Assembly (NCBI GenBank): GCA_011192015.1
Contig: DUET01000078.1
Span: forward strand, 14,854-78,853
Length of the DNA: 64,000 nucleotides
Reading direction: 5' to 3'
Source: Anaerolineae bacterium
GTDB lineage: Bacteria; Chloroflexota; Anaerolineae; Anaerolineales; E44-bin32
Position 1 is the stretch's first letter, and each line of letters begins with the position of its first letter. A program made the position numbers and the translations under genes. Positions 26,750 to 37,089 of the stretch are shown piece after piece. The notes under the pieces are model-generated. The model had not been told where the DNA came from. It ran no database searches and saw only the letters and a program-made list of their open reading frames with translations.

Positions 26750-28083
26750 ATCTTGACGAAGTAGGCACCTGCCGCCCGATCGATCATGTCTTTCGTCATC
26801 GTGGCTTTCACATCCAAGTATCTGGCAATGTCAAGAATCTGATCGCATAGATCCCTTGGGTGGGAGGCGCGCAGTTTGCGGTTCTTCTTGATGTAGTATT
26901 CCTGCAGTAAATATGCCAATCCCCGATCATCATAGCTAATGCCGTTCTTTCCGGCTTCCATCTTGAAGATATCACGGTATGAATCCGGCGATGGATCTTC
27001 TACTTCGATTTTATGACGCAGTCTCCTCAAGAACGCCTCATCCACGAGATCTTTAGGGGGCAAGTTTGTGGAGAACACCACCATCACATCGAATGGCACC
27101 TCCACTTTTCTGCCTGTGTGTAGCGCCAAATAATCAATTCGGTTCTCAAGCGGCACGATCCATCGATTGAGCAGGTCCCTCGGCCGGACAAGCTGTCGAC
27201 CAAAATCATCGATGAGCAGAACTCCACCGTTGGCCTTTACCTGGAATGGAGCCTCATAGTACTTGTTGACATCATCGAAGACCAGGTCCAAACCTGCCAG
27301 CGTCAATTCACCGCCCACCATGACAAAGGGTCGCTTGATCTTCACCCATCTCCTATCGATCTTGGTTCCCAATGAACTCGTCGATTGCTGAGAATCATCC
27401 TCCTCATCTGCAAGGACATGATTCACCGAGTCATACAGTCTGACAACCTGCCCCGCGATCTCGATTGCGTACGGTATGTACATATCCTCCTGGAAGGCCA
27501 TGGTCCCGATCGCTGTTGCAATGGATGTTTTTCCATTCCCTGGAGGTCCATACAAGAAGATGGAAGTGCCTGAGTTTACCGCAGGTCCCAATCGATTCAA
27601 CGTTTGCTCCGACAATACCAGATCCCCCAGACTTTCCTTCAGCATTCTTGGATGAATCGCCGGTCTTCCTCGACTCTGCTTTCGAATGCTATCGTTGTAT
27701 TCTGCCAATGACACCGGGGCTGGTCCTGCATACTGGCTTCGCTCAAGAGCTTCCCGCGCCCTGGCGATACCGGCACCCGTGATCGCATATTGGTAAGCAC
27801 CATCACCAATGCCTACCTGAGATTTCACCTCCACAAATTTCTCCCTTTTCAGGGATTCCAGGATGCCGTCCATCATCCCGGCAAAGGGCAATGCGATATC
27901 TTTCGCCAAAGTGAAACCAGTTTTATATCCTGCGAAATACAGGATCTTAAGCGCCAGATCCTGTATCCAGAGATTCGTCAATCCAATATCTGCGGTGCTT
28001 TTTACAGGCGGAGGAACGAATCTGCTTGATTTGATCAAGGGACGGCTTGCCGTTTTCCTCAAGATACCTTCCCCAAATGGCAT
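26746..28083 (-). CDS. AAA+ ATPase (MoxR/AAA_5-like core) with N-terminal winged-helix-like domain
   Basis: Walker A LYGPPGNGKTS. Walker B GVLLIDDFGRQ. LNRWIVPLENRIDYL...VVFSTNL...DEAFLRRL. ATGA overlap with the GDPD gene. Confidence 0.7.
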   Translation of the reverse strand: MPFGEGILRKTASRPLIKSSRFVPPPVKSTADIGLTNLWIQDLALKILYFAGYKTGFTLAKDIALPFAGMMDGILESLKREKFVEVKSQVGIGDGAYQYAITGAGIARAREALERSQYAGPAPVSLAEYNDSIRKQSRGRPAIHPRMLKESLGDLVLSEQTLNRLGPAVNSGTSIFLYGPPGNGKTSIATAIGTMAFQEDMYIPYAIEIAGQVVRLYDSVNHVLADEEDDSQQSTSSLGTKIDRRWVKIKRPFVMVGGELTLAGLDLVFDDVNKYYEAPFQVKANGGVLLIDDFGRQLVRPRDLLNRWIVPLENRIDYLALHTGRKVEVPFDVMVVFSTNLPPKDLVDEAFLRRLRHKIEVEDPSPDSYRDIFKMEAGKNGISYDDRGLAYLLQEYYIKKNRKLRASHPRDLCDQILDIARYLDVKATMTKDMIDRAAGAYFVKI

Positions 28084-28241
28084 TTCTATTCTCCATTGGT
28101 CGTTATTGAGTTGGGTTTAGGGACAAGAATCCTATCCTCTGGTCTTGACAAACCTACCTCTAGGATTGGATTATAGTATACGCTTCTTGAGCCCTGCAAC
28201 CTTACGCTGTTCACATCTCGTATAAGGAGAAGAATTCACGA

Positions 28242-28928
28242 ATGGAATTATCCCTCGTAATGCCCGTCTTCAATGAAATCCATACTGTCGAGGAAATTCT
28301 TCGTAGGATCTATGCAGTAGGCATCGCGGACGAGATCATCCTGGTTGATGATGGTTCCGTTGACGGAACCAGTGAATTGCTTCAACGCCTCGTGGATGAA
28401 CAACCTCTTCTTCAGTTGATCCGTCATGAAACCAATCAAGGTAAAGGAGCTGCAGTTCGGCATGGCATATCAGCAGCCACGAAGGATCTCGTTCTGATTC
28501 AAGACGCCGATCTCGAATATGACCCTCGAGACATACCCTCCCTTCTGCAGCCGATCCAAGAGGGTAACGCCGATGTCGTTTATGGATCCCGATTTCTTGG
28601 TGCTCCAAGACGCACAACCATGTTTTGGCACATGGTGGCCAATAAACTGCTCACCTTGATGACCAATCTGCTCTACAACAGTATTCTTTCGGACATGGAA
28701 ACGGGATACAAGCTTTTCAAGCGCGAGCTCATTCAAGAGATCCCTCTCCATTCCAAGCGATTCGATTTCGAGCCGGAGATCACTGCAAAATTGCTAAAGC
28801 GTAAGTTACGTATCTTCGAGGTTCCGATCTCGTTCAATCCCCGTGAGTACCACGAGGGCAAGAAGATCAAGCTCAAGGATGCCTTTCAAGCGGTTTGGAC
28901 ATTGATCAAATACCGCTTCGTGGATTGA
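28242..28928 (+). CDS. Family 2 glycosyltransferase (polyprenol-phosphate sugar transferase-like)
   Basis: LVMPVFNE, VDDGSVDGT, QDADLEYDP. AAGGAG upstream. Confidence 0.85.
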   Translation: MELSLVMPVFNEIHTVEEILRRIYAVGIADEIILVDDGSVDGTSELLQRLVDEQPLLQLIRHETNQGKGAAVRHGISAATKDLVLIQDADLEYDPRDIPSLLQPIQEGNADVVYGSRFLGAPRRTTMFWHMVANKLLTLMTNLLYNSILSDMETGYKLFKRELIQEIPLHSKRFDFEPEITAKLLKRKLRIFEVPISFNPREYHEGKKIKLKDAFQAVWTLIKYRFVD

Positions 28929-29028
28929 AATTTCCTGGGTTTCCATCCTTGAATTCTCGTTTTGCATGCATGTGCTCTATCTGCGCCTGCGTATTCTTCT
29001 CGATGCGGACGATTTGGTTCAAACGCGC

Positions 29029-30702
29029 CTACCAATGAATATCTACGACGTTCATCTGCATGCTTTCAAATCCCAGGTATTCGTTCCGTTCGAAATTAAA
29101 AGCCACATCGATTCTTGAGGGAAGTTCGTCGATAAGCTCGCCCATACGAAAGGCAATCGCATCCATACTGCGTTGCTTTTGGCTCAAGGTTAACTTCAGA
29201 TGCTTTCCATCTGCTCCCACAACCCTCTTGGCCAGAACCTTTGCATTCCTTGCTACTAGAGTTGGTTTCCGGTTTCCTTCACCACAAGGCTCCAATCGAT
29301 CAAAGAACTCCAGCAGTTTGGAATTCAGTTGATCCAGGCCCGCTTCTGCATCAATGCTTATTCTGGGCACCAGATCGCCTTCTTCTAGTTCCTCTTCTGC
29401 AATTCTCATCATTCTCTCGGCAAACAGCTTCTCCTTGTCTGTTTCCATCGTGAAGCCGGCCGCTCTTGCATGCCCCCCGTGTTTGACGAGCAATTCCGAA
29501 CAACGATCAATAGCATTTGCTATGTGGAATCCGGGAATGCTTCTCGCCGATCCCCTTGTATGTATTCCGCTTCGATTACATACCATCGCCGGTCGGTGGT
29601 ACTTGTCCACCAATCTGGATGCCCCAAGTCCCACCACGCCTTCGTTGAATGCCTCATCAGCTGCGAACAGAATCAGCGGTACATCCCCATCTCCCACGGC
29701 TTTCTTGATGGCTCTTTCCACGGTTTCAGCAGTAAGATCCTGCCTTCTGCGATTCGTGAGTTCCAATTGTTCCGCAATGTCCTCTGCTTGCAGTTTACTC
29801 CCTGTTGTGAGCAGAAGCAGTGCATTTTCGGCGCTTCCCAGCCTCCCGGCGGCATTCAATCGCGGCCCTAAGACGTAACCTATCGTTCCTGTATTTGTTT
29901 TCCCCAGTTGAATCCGCCCTACTTTCGCTAATTCCTGCAGGCCCACTCGTTCGGTTCTCCGAAGCCGTTTGATACCCCTGGCAACAAGCGCCCGATTCTC
30001 GCCCTTCAAGACGGCCATGTCTGCCACGGTTCCCAGGGCAACCAGATCCAGGGCTTCTTCCGGATCCTTCAGACCTCTTTTGCGATGCAGTGCCTGCGCC
30101 AGTTTGAATGCCAGCCCAACTCCAGCCAGTTCTTGGAACGGATATGTATTTCCATCCTGCTTGGGATTGATTACAGCCAGCCCTCCCGGCGGTTTCTCTC
30201 CAGGTAGATGGTGGTCAGTGACGATGACATCCAAGCCCAATCTTCCAGCCATCGCTATCTCATTCGATGCGCGCATTCCACAATCGACCGTGATCAGCAG
30301 TTTCGCCCCCTGCGCTGCGATGATCTCGATCGCTCCGCTGTTCAGGCCATAACCTTCGTTGAAACGATTAGGAATGTAATGTTCGACGTTTCCCCCGAAT
30401 GTTTTGATTGTTCCCAATAATAAAGCTGCGCTCGTAACGCCATCGACATCATAATCGCCATAGATGACGATTTTCTCATTGTTCAGCAAGCCTCGCTCGA
30501 TTCTCTCCACAGCCTCCTTCATCCCTTTCAAAAGGAATGGATCATGGTCGCTTATCTTCTCTGCATTTAAGAATTCGTCTACCTGATCCAATGAAGATAG
30601 GCCGCGCATGTACAAGATCTGCCGCTCTATGGGGGAAAATGCATCCAGCTCTTTTTCCACCACTTCAGGAACGGATTCGGGTTGATTCCATATCTTCCTC
30701 AA
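29029..30702 (-). CDS. recJ: Single-stranded-DNA-specific exonuclease RecJ
   Basis: DHH motifs GDYDVDGVTS and IVTDHH, DHHA1 GGHARAAG. TTG start with GAGGA 6 nt upstream. Confidence 0.9.
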   Translation of the reverse strand: MRKIWNQPESVPEVVEKELDAFSPIERQILYMRGLSSLDQVDEFLNAEKISDHDPFLLKGMKEAVERIERGLLNNEKIVIYGDYDVDGVTSAALLLGTIKTFGGNVEHYIPNRFNEGYGLNSGAIEIIAAQGAKLLITVDCGMRASNEIAMAGRLGLDVIVTDHHLPGEKPPGGLAVINPKQDGNTYPFQELAGVGLAFKLAQALHRKRGLKDPEEALDLVALGTVADMAVLKGENRALVARGIKRLRRTERVGLQELAKVGRIQLGKTNTGTIGYVLGPRLNAAGRLGSAENALLLLTTGSKLQAEDIAEQLELTNRRRQDLTAETVERAIKKAVGDGDVPLILFAADEAFNEGVVGLGASRLVDKYHRPAMVCNRSGIHTRGSARSIPGFHIANAIDRCSELLVKHGGHARAAGFTMETDKEKLFAERMMRIAEEELEEGDLVPRISIDAEAGLDQLNSKLLEFFDRLEPCGEGNRKPTLVARNAKVLAKRVVGADGKHLKLTLSQKQRSMDAIAFRMGELIDELPSRIDVAFNFERNEYLGFESMQMNVVDIHW

Positions 30703-30866
30703 TGGTCATCCTCGATTCGAATTGGTGTCTATTCATTTCCTTCTTACGTCGCCAAACGGTTCACAGCGAAGGATCTTTTCGATCCATCCGGCCAATTCTA
30801 CTCCCGCACCTCCATCGTGCAAAATTCCAGGATCAGATCCATGCTTGCATCGTTCGCCATCCATGC

Positions 30867-30872
30867 TAGGAT
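30867..30872 (+). promoter_or_regulatory. -10 box (TGCTAGGAT context) placed for a leaderless fmt mRNA
   Basis: The hexamer ends 6 nt before ATG 30879, with no SD. Confidence 0.45.
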
Positions 30873-30878
30873 ACGATC

Positions 30879-31808
30879 ATGCGCGTGATTTTCATGGGAT
30901 CTCCTGATTTTGCGCTTCCTACGCTGCGAGTCCTTTCCCAGGGCTTTGACCTTATAGGCGTCGTTACTCAACCCGATCGCCCTTCCGGTCGAGGGCGCAA
31001 GATCGCCTCGTCTCCTGTCAAACTTGCCTCACTTGATCTGGGCATCACTCCGCTACAGCCGAAACGTCTTTCGGATCCAGCAATCCAATCCCAACTACAG
31101 CGCCTTGAACCACAAGTGATCGTTGTGGCTGCGTTTGGTCAAATCCTTCCGCCTTCGGTTTTGGAGATCCCGTCATGTGGCTGTGTCAATGTCCATGCCT
31201 CATTGCTTCCTCGCTGGCGTGGTGCTTCTCCAACACAAGCTGCGATTCTCCACGGTGATATGGATACGGGTGTCACGATCATGAAGATGGATGCAGGCCT
31301 GGACACAGGCCCCATCATTTCGAAGGTATCCACTCCCATTCTTCCAGAGGAAACGGGAGGCGGCCTTTCTGCTCGTTTGGCATCCCTTGGTGCGCAACTT
31401 CTTCAAGAAACCCTCACGCCCTACTGTGAAGGGCAAGTATCTCCCGTTCCTCAGAACGATGCTCTCGCTACATCAGCTCCTATGCTTACGAAACTCGATG
31501 GGATCCTCGATTGGGGTAAGCCTGCCGCAGCTCTCGCCCTTCAAGTCCGTGCATTCGAGCCCTGGCCAAGATCCTTTTTCCAATGGCAGGATCGGCGTAT
31601 TGTTGTGCGCAAGGCGCATTCGCTTCCCATGGATGACGTGGCTGTCGGCAGGGTATCGCTGGCGGGCTACCTTCCCGTTGTGGGCACATCATCTGGAGGC
31701 CTTGTTCTCGAAATCCTTCAACCTGCTGGCCGCAAACCCATGCCCGGGGATGCGTTTCTCAATGGCTCGCCTTCCTTCCTCGGTTGCAATCTAGAGCTTC
31801 ACCCATGA
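30879..31808 (+). CDS. fmt: Methionyl-tRNA formyltransferase
   Basis: MRVIFMGSPDFALP, QPDRPSGRGRK, HASLLPRWRGASP. Confidence 0.92.
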   Translation: MRVIFMGSPDFALPTLRVLSQGFDLIGVVTQPDRPSGRGRKIASSPVKLASLDLGITPLQPKRLSDPAIQSQLQRLEPQVIVVAAFGQILPPSVLEIPSCGCVNVHASLLPRWRGASPTQAAILHGDMDTGVTIMKMDAGLDTGPIISKVSTPILPEETGGGLSARLASLGAQLLQETLTPYCEGQVSPVPQNDALATSAPMLTKLDGILDWGKPAAALALQVRAFEPWPRSFFQWQDRRIVVRKAHSLPMDDVAVGRVSLAGYLPVVGTSSGGLVLEILQPAGRKPMPGDAFLNGSPSFLGCNLELHP

Positions 31809-31823
31809 GCCTTCTTTGAACAG

Positions 31824-31860
31824 TTCGCAGCGTAGCCTCCACTCCATGCTACGCTGCGAA
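31824..31860. terminator. 13-bp perfect inverted repeat between convergent fmt and selB
   Basis: TTCGCAGCGTAGC-11 nt-GCTACGCTGCGAA. The U-tracts are weak, so function as a terminator is inferred. Confidence 0.5.
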
Positions 31861-31897
31861 TTGATTCCTCCTTCTTCCCGATATTCCTTGGATCCCA

Positions 31898-33790
31898 TCA
31901 GGCCAATCGATGTCCATCTCCCACCCGAACGGTCACACCCTCCTCGTTCAAATGCTCCATAAGGGCCAATGCGTACTTCCTCGACGTGCCGAAGAAATCA
32001 CGCACCTCTGCCACCGTTAATTCATCCCTCTCCTTCAACTTACTCCTGATAACGCCGACCATCTCTCGATAGGTGTCCTCATCAAACACGACGGCGTCGG
32101 ATACTTTGACCAGTTTCCCTTGATTCAACAAATACCCCATAACTTCTTCATCAACCGCATCGAGGCAATCCTTGATCGAGGGAGGTGTGTGTTTCGATGC
32201 ATCAAACCGTTGTTTTAACCTCTTCCAGCTTTCGGTTTGTTCTTTATTAAGCCGAGGGGCATAGTTTGTGCTGCGCACACGATACCCATCGATTTTCACG
32301 ATTTCCTCATTACTCGCATACTCCAGCAGCAATGCGAACGATCTGGCATCTGCTTTCATGCGGCTTTTGAGTTCTTCGCGCGGTATTCCCTGTCTGAGAG
32401 GATATTGTGCATGGAAATGTTCAATCTCACGCGTCATCTTCTCCAGCCAATTTGCTAATATCGTCCTTTCGATGACCATGGTTTCTGAATCCACATCGAT
32501 GTCTCCCTCTTCCATCGATATGAGCATGTCTGTCTTGACCAGTTCCTGCAGTCCACTCTCAGCCTGCTGAATATCTAAACCCGCTCTTGAAATCGCTTCC
32601 TTGATGGATATTATTCCGTGCCCCTTGAGCGTCTGCTGCAGTATCTCTGCAGAGCCCCCTGTCATCAAATCCTTCAAACGTGCCAAGGATTCGGGATCCT
32701 TTCTTCGATATCGCCTCGCTGGATGTGGATCCGCGACTCTACCCCCTCCGATGGTGGCTCCTGGCGAGGGTCTTCTCAGGATGAAACGATCCCCGCGCGC
32801 GGCAATCACGGGATCTTCTAATACCAACTGGATCCACCCGTTCTCTCCTGGTGCCAACCGCTCTGCTCCCAATAGTCGCACTCGTGCCATGCGTTGCGCC
32901 GCTCCCAGATAGATCTTCACCTGCTGATTGTGCTTCATCGCGCCGGGGGCAACTCTCAACATACGCACGCTCGCATCCACCAGTTTCGTGGCTTCGAAAT
33001 CGCCCTTCCTGCAAACCACATCCCCCCTCTCCACCCGATTCGCGTCTACACCGGCTAGATTTGCCGCCACACGGCTTCCTGGTATCGCCCTCTCGACTTT
33101 CGTTTTATGCGTTTGCATCCCTCGGATCCTGCCCTTCAATCCTTCCGGCAAGACGAGGATCTCGTCTCCAATTTGTAACCACCCATCGATGAGTGTTCCA
33201 GTCACCACGGTTCCAAAACCGGCCATCGTAAATGCCCTGTCGATGGGAAGCCTGGGTCTTCCAATGTCTCTTCTCACCTCCGCTGTCCCGATCGTTCTTT
33301 CGATAGCTTCCACCAAATCAAGGATGCCTTCACCGCTTAAAGCAGAGACGTTAACGATCTCAGAGCCTTCAAATCTCGTCTTCTTGAAAACCGTCTCCAC
33401 GTCCTCTCTCACCAGCTTCAACCATGCAGGATCCTCTACCAGATCGATCTTTGTCAACGCAACCACACACCTCGGCACCTCCAGCAGATCCAGGATTGCA
33501 AGGTGTTCTCTGGTCTGAGGCATTACGCCTTCGTCGGCTGCCACAACAAAAAGGGCCGCGTCAATTCCCCCGATTCCTGCAAGCATGTTCTCGATGAAAT
33601 CTCGATGCCCCGGCACGTCGATAATCCCGATTTCCTCTCCATGCGGTAAATTCATCCAAGCGAATCCCAGATCGATTGTCATCTCGCGTTCTTGTTCTTC
33701 TCTGAGGCGATCTGGATGTATTCCCGTTAGACGCTCGATCAATCGGGATTTTCCATGATCTACATGTCCTGCTGTTCCCAATACGCGCAT
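31898..33790 (-). CDS. selB: Selenocysteine-specific translation elongation factor
   Basis: [18 protein letters not shown]. Collinear with E. coli SelB in the GTPase and domains II/III, plus a C-terminal winged-helix region of about 280 aa. Confidence 0.9.
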   Translation of the reverse strand: MRVLGTAGHVDHGKSRLIERLTGIHPDRLREEQEREMTIDLGFAWMNLPHGEEIGIIDVPGHRDFIENMLAGIGGIDAALFVVAADEGVMPQTREHLAILDLLEVPRCVVALTKIDLVEDPAWLKLVREDVETVFKKTRFEGSEIVNVSALSGEGILDLVEAIERTIGTAEVRRDIGRPRLPIDRAFTMAGFGTVVTGTLIDGWLQIGDEILVLPEGLKGRIRGMQTHKTKVERAIPGSRVAANLAGVDANRVERGDVVCRKGDFEATKLVDASVRMLRVAPGAMKHNQQVKIYLGAAQRMARVRLLGAERLAPGENGWIQLVLEDPVIAARGDRFILRRPSPGATIGGGRVADPHPARRYRRKDPESLARLKDLMTGGSAEILQQTLKGHGIISIKEAISRAGLDIQQAESGLQELVKTDMLISMEEGDIDVDSETMVIERTILANWLEKMTREIEHFHAQYPLRQGIPREELKSRMKADARSFALLLEYASNEEIVKIDGYRVRSTNYAPRLNKEQTESWKRLKQRFDASKHTPPSIKDCLDAVDEEVMGYLLNQGKLVKVSDAVVFDEDTYREMVGVIRSKLKERDELTVAEVRDFFGTSRKYALALMEHLNEEGVTVRVGDGHRLA

Positions 33791-33847
33791 TTTTCAAACT
33801 CAGGGGATTTGACCTTGATGATCGTAGGGGATGTCATCTTTGATTGG

Positions 33848-35023
33848 TTATTTCAAGCTCTGGCGCGATTCTACTTCCGCCGCCCATTCTCTAAGGTTCT
33901 TCAATAATTCCATGATCCTTTGCCGGTCATGCTCCTGCATATCACCGAATCCCTGCAGCAGTTTCTTTACGTTATCACTCATCGTTCCGACTTCAGATGC
34001 CAGTTTTTCATGCAACCTCATGTGTTCACGCCATTGCTCGTCATTGGTCAATTTCTGGGTGTTCCATCGTTTCTGCTCGTCAGCCTTGAACGTTGTCCAT
34101 TCCTGTGACGCTCGATCTTCTGCCAATCGCTGCATTTCGCCAATTTCGTGGATTCGTCTGTCGAGTCTTTCTTGAGTATCGGTCAGTTCTCCTTGCAGCT
34201 GCCGAAGATTTCGATAGGTTTCATCATATGCCATGGCCCGGTCTTGAAACTCTTCAGCCTTTGATTCGAATTCATCAAAACGCGCAGCCCATGCTTTTCT
34301 CTCGCGCTCGAATTCAACAATCTTCGAGGTTTGTTGCTCCGTCCAAAGATCCTGCGCTTCTCGCCTTTCCTTCTCTCTTCCACTGAGTTGCGATAATCGA
34401 ATTTCGCTTTGTTCGATCCGATCCTGCATGGAATCGACACTGCTGCGCGCAAGCTCAGTCCGTTCGCGCATATCCGAAAGTTCCGAGAGAATGTCCGTAA
34501 CGCGCTTCATGTCTTGTTTGCGCCCCTCTTCCAGCGATGCCAAAACGATGGCGCGTTCTTCATCGAAAACCACTTGGCCTTCGAATCGTTTCTCTATAGT
34601 ATTGAGACCGCGGGATATTTGGACCTGCTCTTCGCGCTGCTGATCAATTTGCTTCCTGATATCGCTCAGATCGCGCAAGCCTTCCCTCAGTTCCACTGTG
34701 GTTTTAGATAATTTCTCAATATCGCTTCTTCCATAGCTGTCTTTGCCATCAACGCTTCCTTCACTTGTTTTTGAAGATTCATCGATCATGCGAGATATCG
34801 CCTGCCGATGTTTTGCCAGGGCGCTTTCGACTTCGCTTACCTTGCTGCTCATTGCGGCAATGCGTGCCGTTTCTCCTGCAAGCTCTTTCACCTGCCGCTG
34901 CAAGCTTTCGATCGTTGTAATATTTCCTTCCAGTCTTTCCTTCAAGCGCGTGATGGTTTCAGCATCCTTTTGACGCTGTTTTTCAAGCCACTTGACCTTC
35001 TTCCCGAGCTCTTTATCGTCCAT
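33848..35023 (-). CDS. Coiled-coil protein (391 aa), unknown function
   Basis: E/R/K/Q-rich heptad-like sequence throughout, with no TM segment. ATG 35023 with GGAGGG 7 nt upstream. The stop codon is 57 nt before selB. Confidence 0.7.
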   Translation of the reverse strand: MDDKELGKKVKWLEKQRQKDAETITRLKERLEGNITTIESLQRQVKELAGETARIAAMSSKVSEVESALAKHRQAISRMIDESSKTSEGSVDGKDSYGRSDIEKLSKTTVELREGLRDLSDIRKQIDQQREEQVQISRGLNTIEKRFEGQVVFDEERAIVLASLEEGRKQDMKRVTDILSELSDMRERTELARSSVDSMQDRIEQSEIRLSQLSGREKERREAQDLWTEQQTSKIVEFERERKAWAARFDEFESKAEEFQDRAMAYDETYRNLRQLQGELTDTQERLDRRIHEIGEMQRLAEDRASQEWTTFKADEQKRWNTQKLTNDEQWREHMRLHEKLASEVGTMSDNVKKLLQGFGDMQEHDRQRIMELLKNLREWAAEVESRQSLK

Positions 35024-35052
35024 CAAAGAACCCTCCATACGCACTTTCGCGG

Positions 35053-35061
35053 ATTATAGCA
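35053..35061 (-). promoter_or_regulatory. Extended -10 promoter TGCTATAAT of the coiled-coil/selB unit
   Basis: The exact 9-mer on the minus strand, 29 nt upstream of ATG 35023. Confidence 0.5.
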
Positions 35062-35080
35062 TGTCATCCCGCTGGTGTAT

Positions 35081-36475
35081 TCAAGGCAACAGGTTCATCA
35101 ATCCCTCCCCTGCTTTCACCACCAGAGGATATGTCAATTGTGGAAACAATCCAAGCACCAGGCACAATCCCAATCCTGACATCAGGAAGATGCGTTCAGG
35201 CCAACTGATTCTCTCCTCACTTCCGCTTCGCGATCTCAACATAGCGATCATCCATCGCAATCCGCCCATCGTGATCGCAACGGTCCCAATCAATATCGCT
35301 CCAGCGGCAATTCCGCTCACTGGTGCCAAGATTGTCATCAGCGCCCATCTTCCTGGAAATCCTGCAGTAAGCGGAAGCCCCCCAACCGCGAACAGTCCAG
35401 CCATCGTTGCTCCTGTTGCGTACGGAAATCGCCACAGGCTTCCTTCGAGTCTCTCAAGGGTATCTTCCCCCTCACGTTGTTTCAAGACAGCTATGCCCAA
35501 CGCCCATACTGCCAGGCTTATCGCTCTCACCCCCGAATGCCCGATCGCCAGCTCGTATCCTGCTGCCTGTCCGGTTCCAACCGCGATTACGATCACACCA
35601 AAATCCGCCAGCAACGCGTATGCCATCATCTTGCTGAATTGCCTTTGCGCAATCGCCATCGCGCCTCCGAAAACCACCATGACCGCGCCCACCAATCTGG
35701 CTCCTGCAAAGAGATTCTCATTTTGCCGCAACCACGGATATTGATTCAGAAAGAACAGCAGAAAGAATAATCCCGCGCTCTGCAATATGACCGCCACAAA
35801 CATCAATCCGTAGGGTTTGGCTTCCTCTCCCGCAGTTGGCAACCAAATGTGAAAAGGAGGTATGCTCAGCAGAATTGCGAATCCCAACGCCAGAAAGGCT
35901 GTCGCTTGCATTGCCTCCTGCGTTGCGCCGCTTGTGATCCCCCCGGTTTCAACCAACCACCCTGCCCACAGAAGCACGATCATTCCCAGGGTGTATAAGA
36001 TCAATAAGCGAAGAGCTCCTTTGCGTGCCTGGAATCGTCCCTCCACCAAGATCAAAACTGCTCCCATGGCTGCTAATTCGATGAATAAAACCGCAAACAG
36101 GAATGGTTTTACCATCAAAGATGCCGCTACTACATACACCATGATCAAGCCGACACTCGGCAAGTATCGGCTTCTCTCCGCCATCCATGTGCCGCCGATC
36201 ATGAAGGCACCGATCAGATAAAGGAAACCCACGGCGGTACGGTTTCCATCATCGAGAGTTAAGGCTCTGCCGAGAATCATCCAGGTTCCTTCTACACGCA
36301 CGCCCGTGGTCCCCATTGAAAGCGCCTCTTCGATGGGCATGAGCAACGCAAATGCGCCGAGTAAGGCCGCACCCAATACTGCGATCGCAATCACAGCTTC
36401 TCTACGCAACCGGATAAAGGGTATGACGGCAGCCAGGAGAATGCTTCCTATCGTCAAGATCAATGGTGCGCTCAC
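35081..36475 (-). CDS. Complex-I/Mrp antiporter-like membrane subunit (NuoN/NuoM/MrpD-like), divergent
   Basis: About 13 TM helices. LSIPPFHIWLPTAGEEAKPYG matches the PFHxWLPxA...AP core of the Proton_antipo_M family. GTGA overlap with the upstream gene. Confidence 0.65.
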   Translation of the reverse strand: MSAPLILTIGSILLAAVIPFIRLRREAVIAIAVLGAALLGAFALLMPIEEALSMGTTGVRVEGTWMILGRALTLDDGNRTAVGFLYLIGAFMIGGTWMAERSRYLPSVGLIMVYVVAASLMVKPFLFAVLFIELAAMGAVLILVEGRFQARKGALRLLILYTLGMIVLLWAGWLVETGGITSGATQEAMQATAFLALGFAILLSIPPFHIWLPTAGEEAKPYGLMFVAVILQSAGLFFLLFFLNQYPWLRQNENLFAGARLVGAVMVVFGGAMAIAQRQFSKMMAYALLADFGVIVIAVGTGQAAGYELAIGHSGVRAISLAVWALGIAVLKQREGEDTLERLEGSLWRFPYATGATMAGLFAVGGLPLTAGFPGRWALMTILAPVSGIAAGAILIGTVAITMGGLRWMIAMLRSRSGSEERISWPERIFLMSGLGLCLVLGLFPQLTYPLVVKAGEGLMNLLP

Positions 36476-37089
36476 GACAATCCTTCTACTTCATCCGTTG
36501 ATGCCCCCACGATGAGATAGCTTACGACAATGGATATACCGATATGAATGGCGGTCATGAATGCAAGCACGGCTAGAGAGGGCTCAACGACAACGTACAC
36601 GATCTCAAAACCTGCCATCGCGCTTAATAATCCAATACCCACTCGGAAGGGTTCCTCCGATATTCCCAGGTGCAGCAAACCAAGCCCCAATAACAATCCC
36701 GACCCCAATGCCGCAGCAGGGTGTACGGCTTGCGGAAGGAACATCCCTCCTCTTTCCACAAGCCCCCACATCGATGCGCTTACCAGCAACACACCGATGA
36801 TACGAAAGGCAAAACCCGAGGGAAGCCCCTCTCGTTCCGACAATCTGCTTTCATATCCCACACGTACTACACTCATGGCCAGAATGGCACATGCCATCAT
36901 CCCACCGACCAGTTTCGCGGCTGCCACTTGAATGGGAAGCGCCAATCCTACCAGCCACGTCAGCGCGATGTATTCTCCAGCCAACATCAGCAGCATCCAG
37001 CGCCGATCCTTCAACACGATCGCCAATGCGCCTGTTATGAACGCCATCCCTACCGCAATCATGGCTAATTCGCGCAACCAAGAAATCAT
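36472..37089 (-). CDS. Polytopic membrane protein (205 aa), weakly HyfE/NuoK-like
   Basis: About 6 TM helices, with membrane-embedded acidic residues (GISEEPFRVGIGLLSAMAGFEIVY). ATGA and GTGA overlaps on both sides. Confidence 0.55.
   Translation of the reverse strand: MISWLRELAMIAVGMAFITGALAIVLKDRRWMLLMLAGEYIALTWLVGLALPIQVAAAKLVGGMMACAILAMSVVRVGYESRLSEREGLPSGFAFRIIGVLLVSASMWGLVERGGMFLPQAVHPAAALGSGLLLGLGLLHLGISEEPFRVGIGLLSAMAGFEIVYVVVEPSLAVLAFMTAIHIGISIVVSYLIVGASTDEVEGLS

Noticed and set aside
31898-33790. A selenoprotein gene, SECIS element or tRNA-Sec near selB.
   Set aside because: I found no ORF pair joined by an in-frame TGA and no ~95-nt tRNA with a TCA anticodon. Only tRNA-His and the tmRNA tRNA-like domain carry T-arm signatures.
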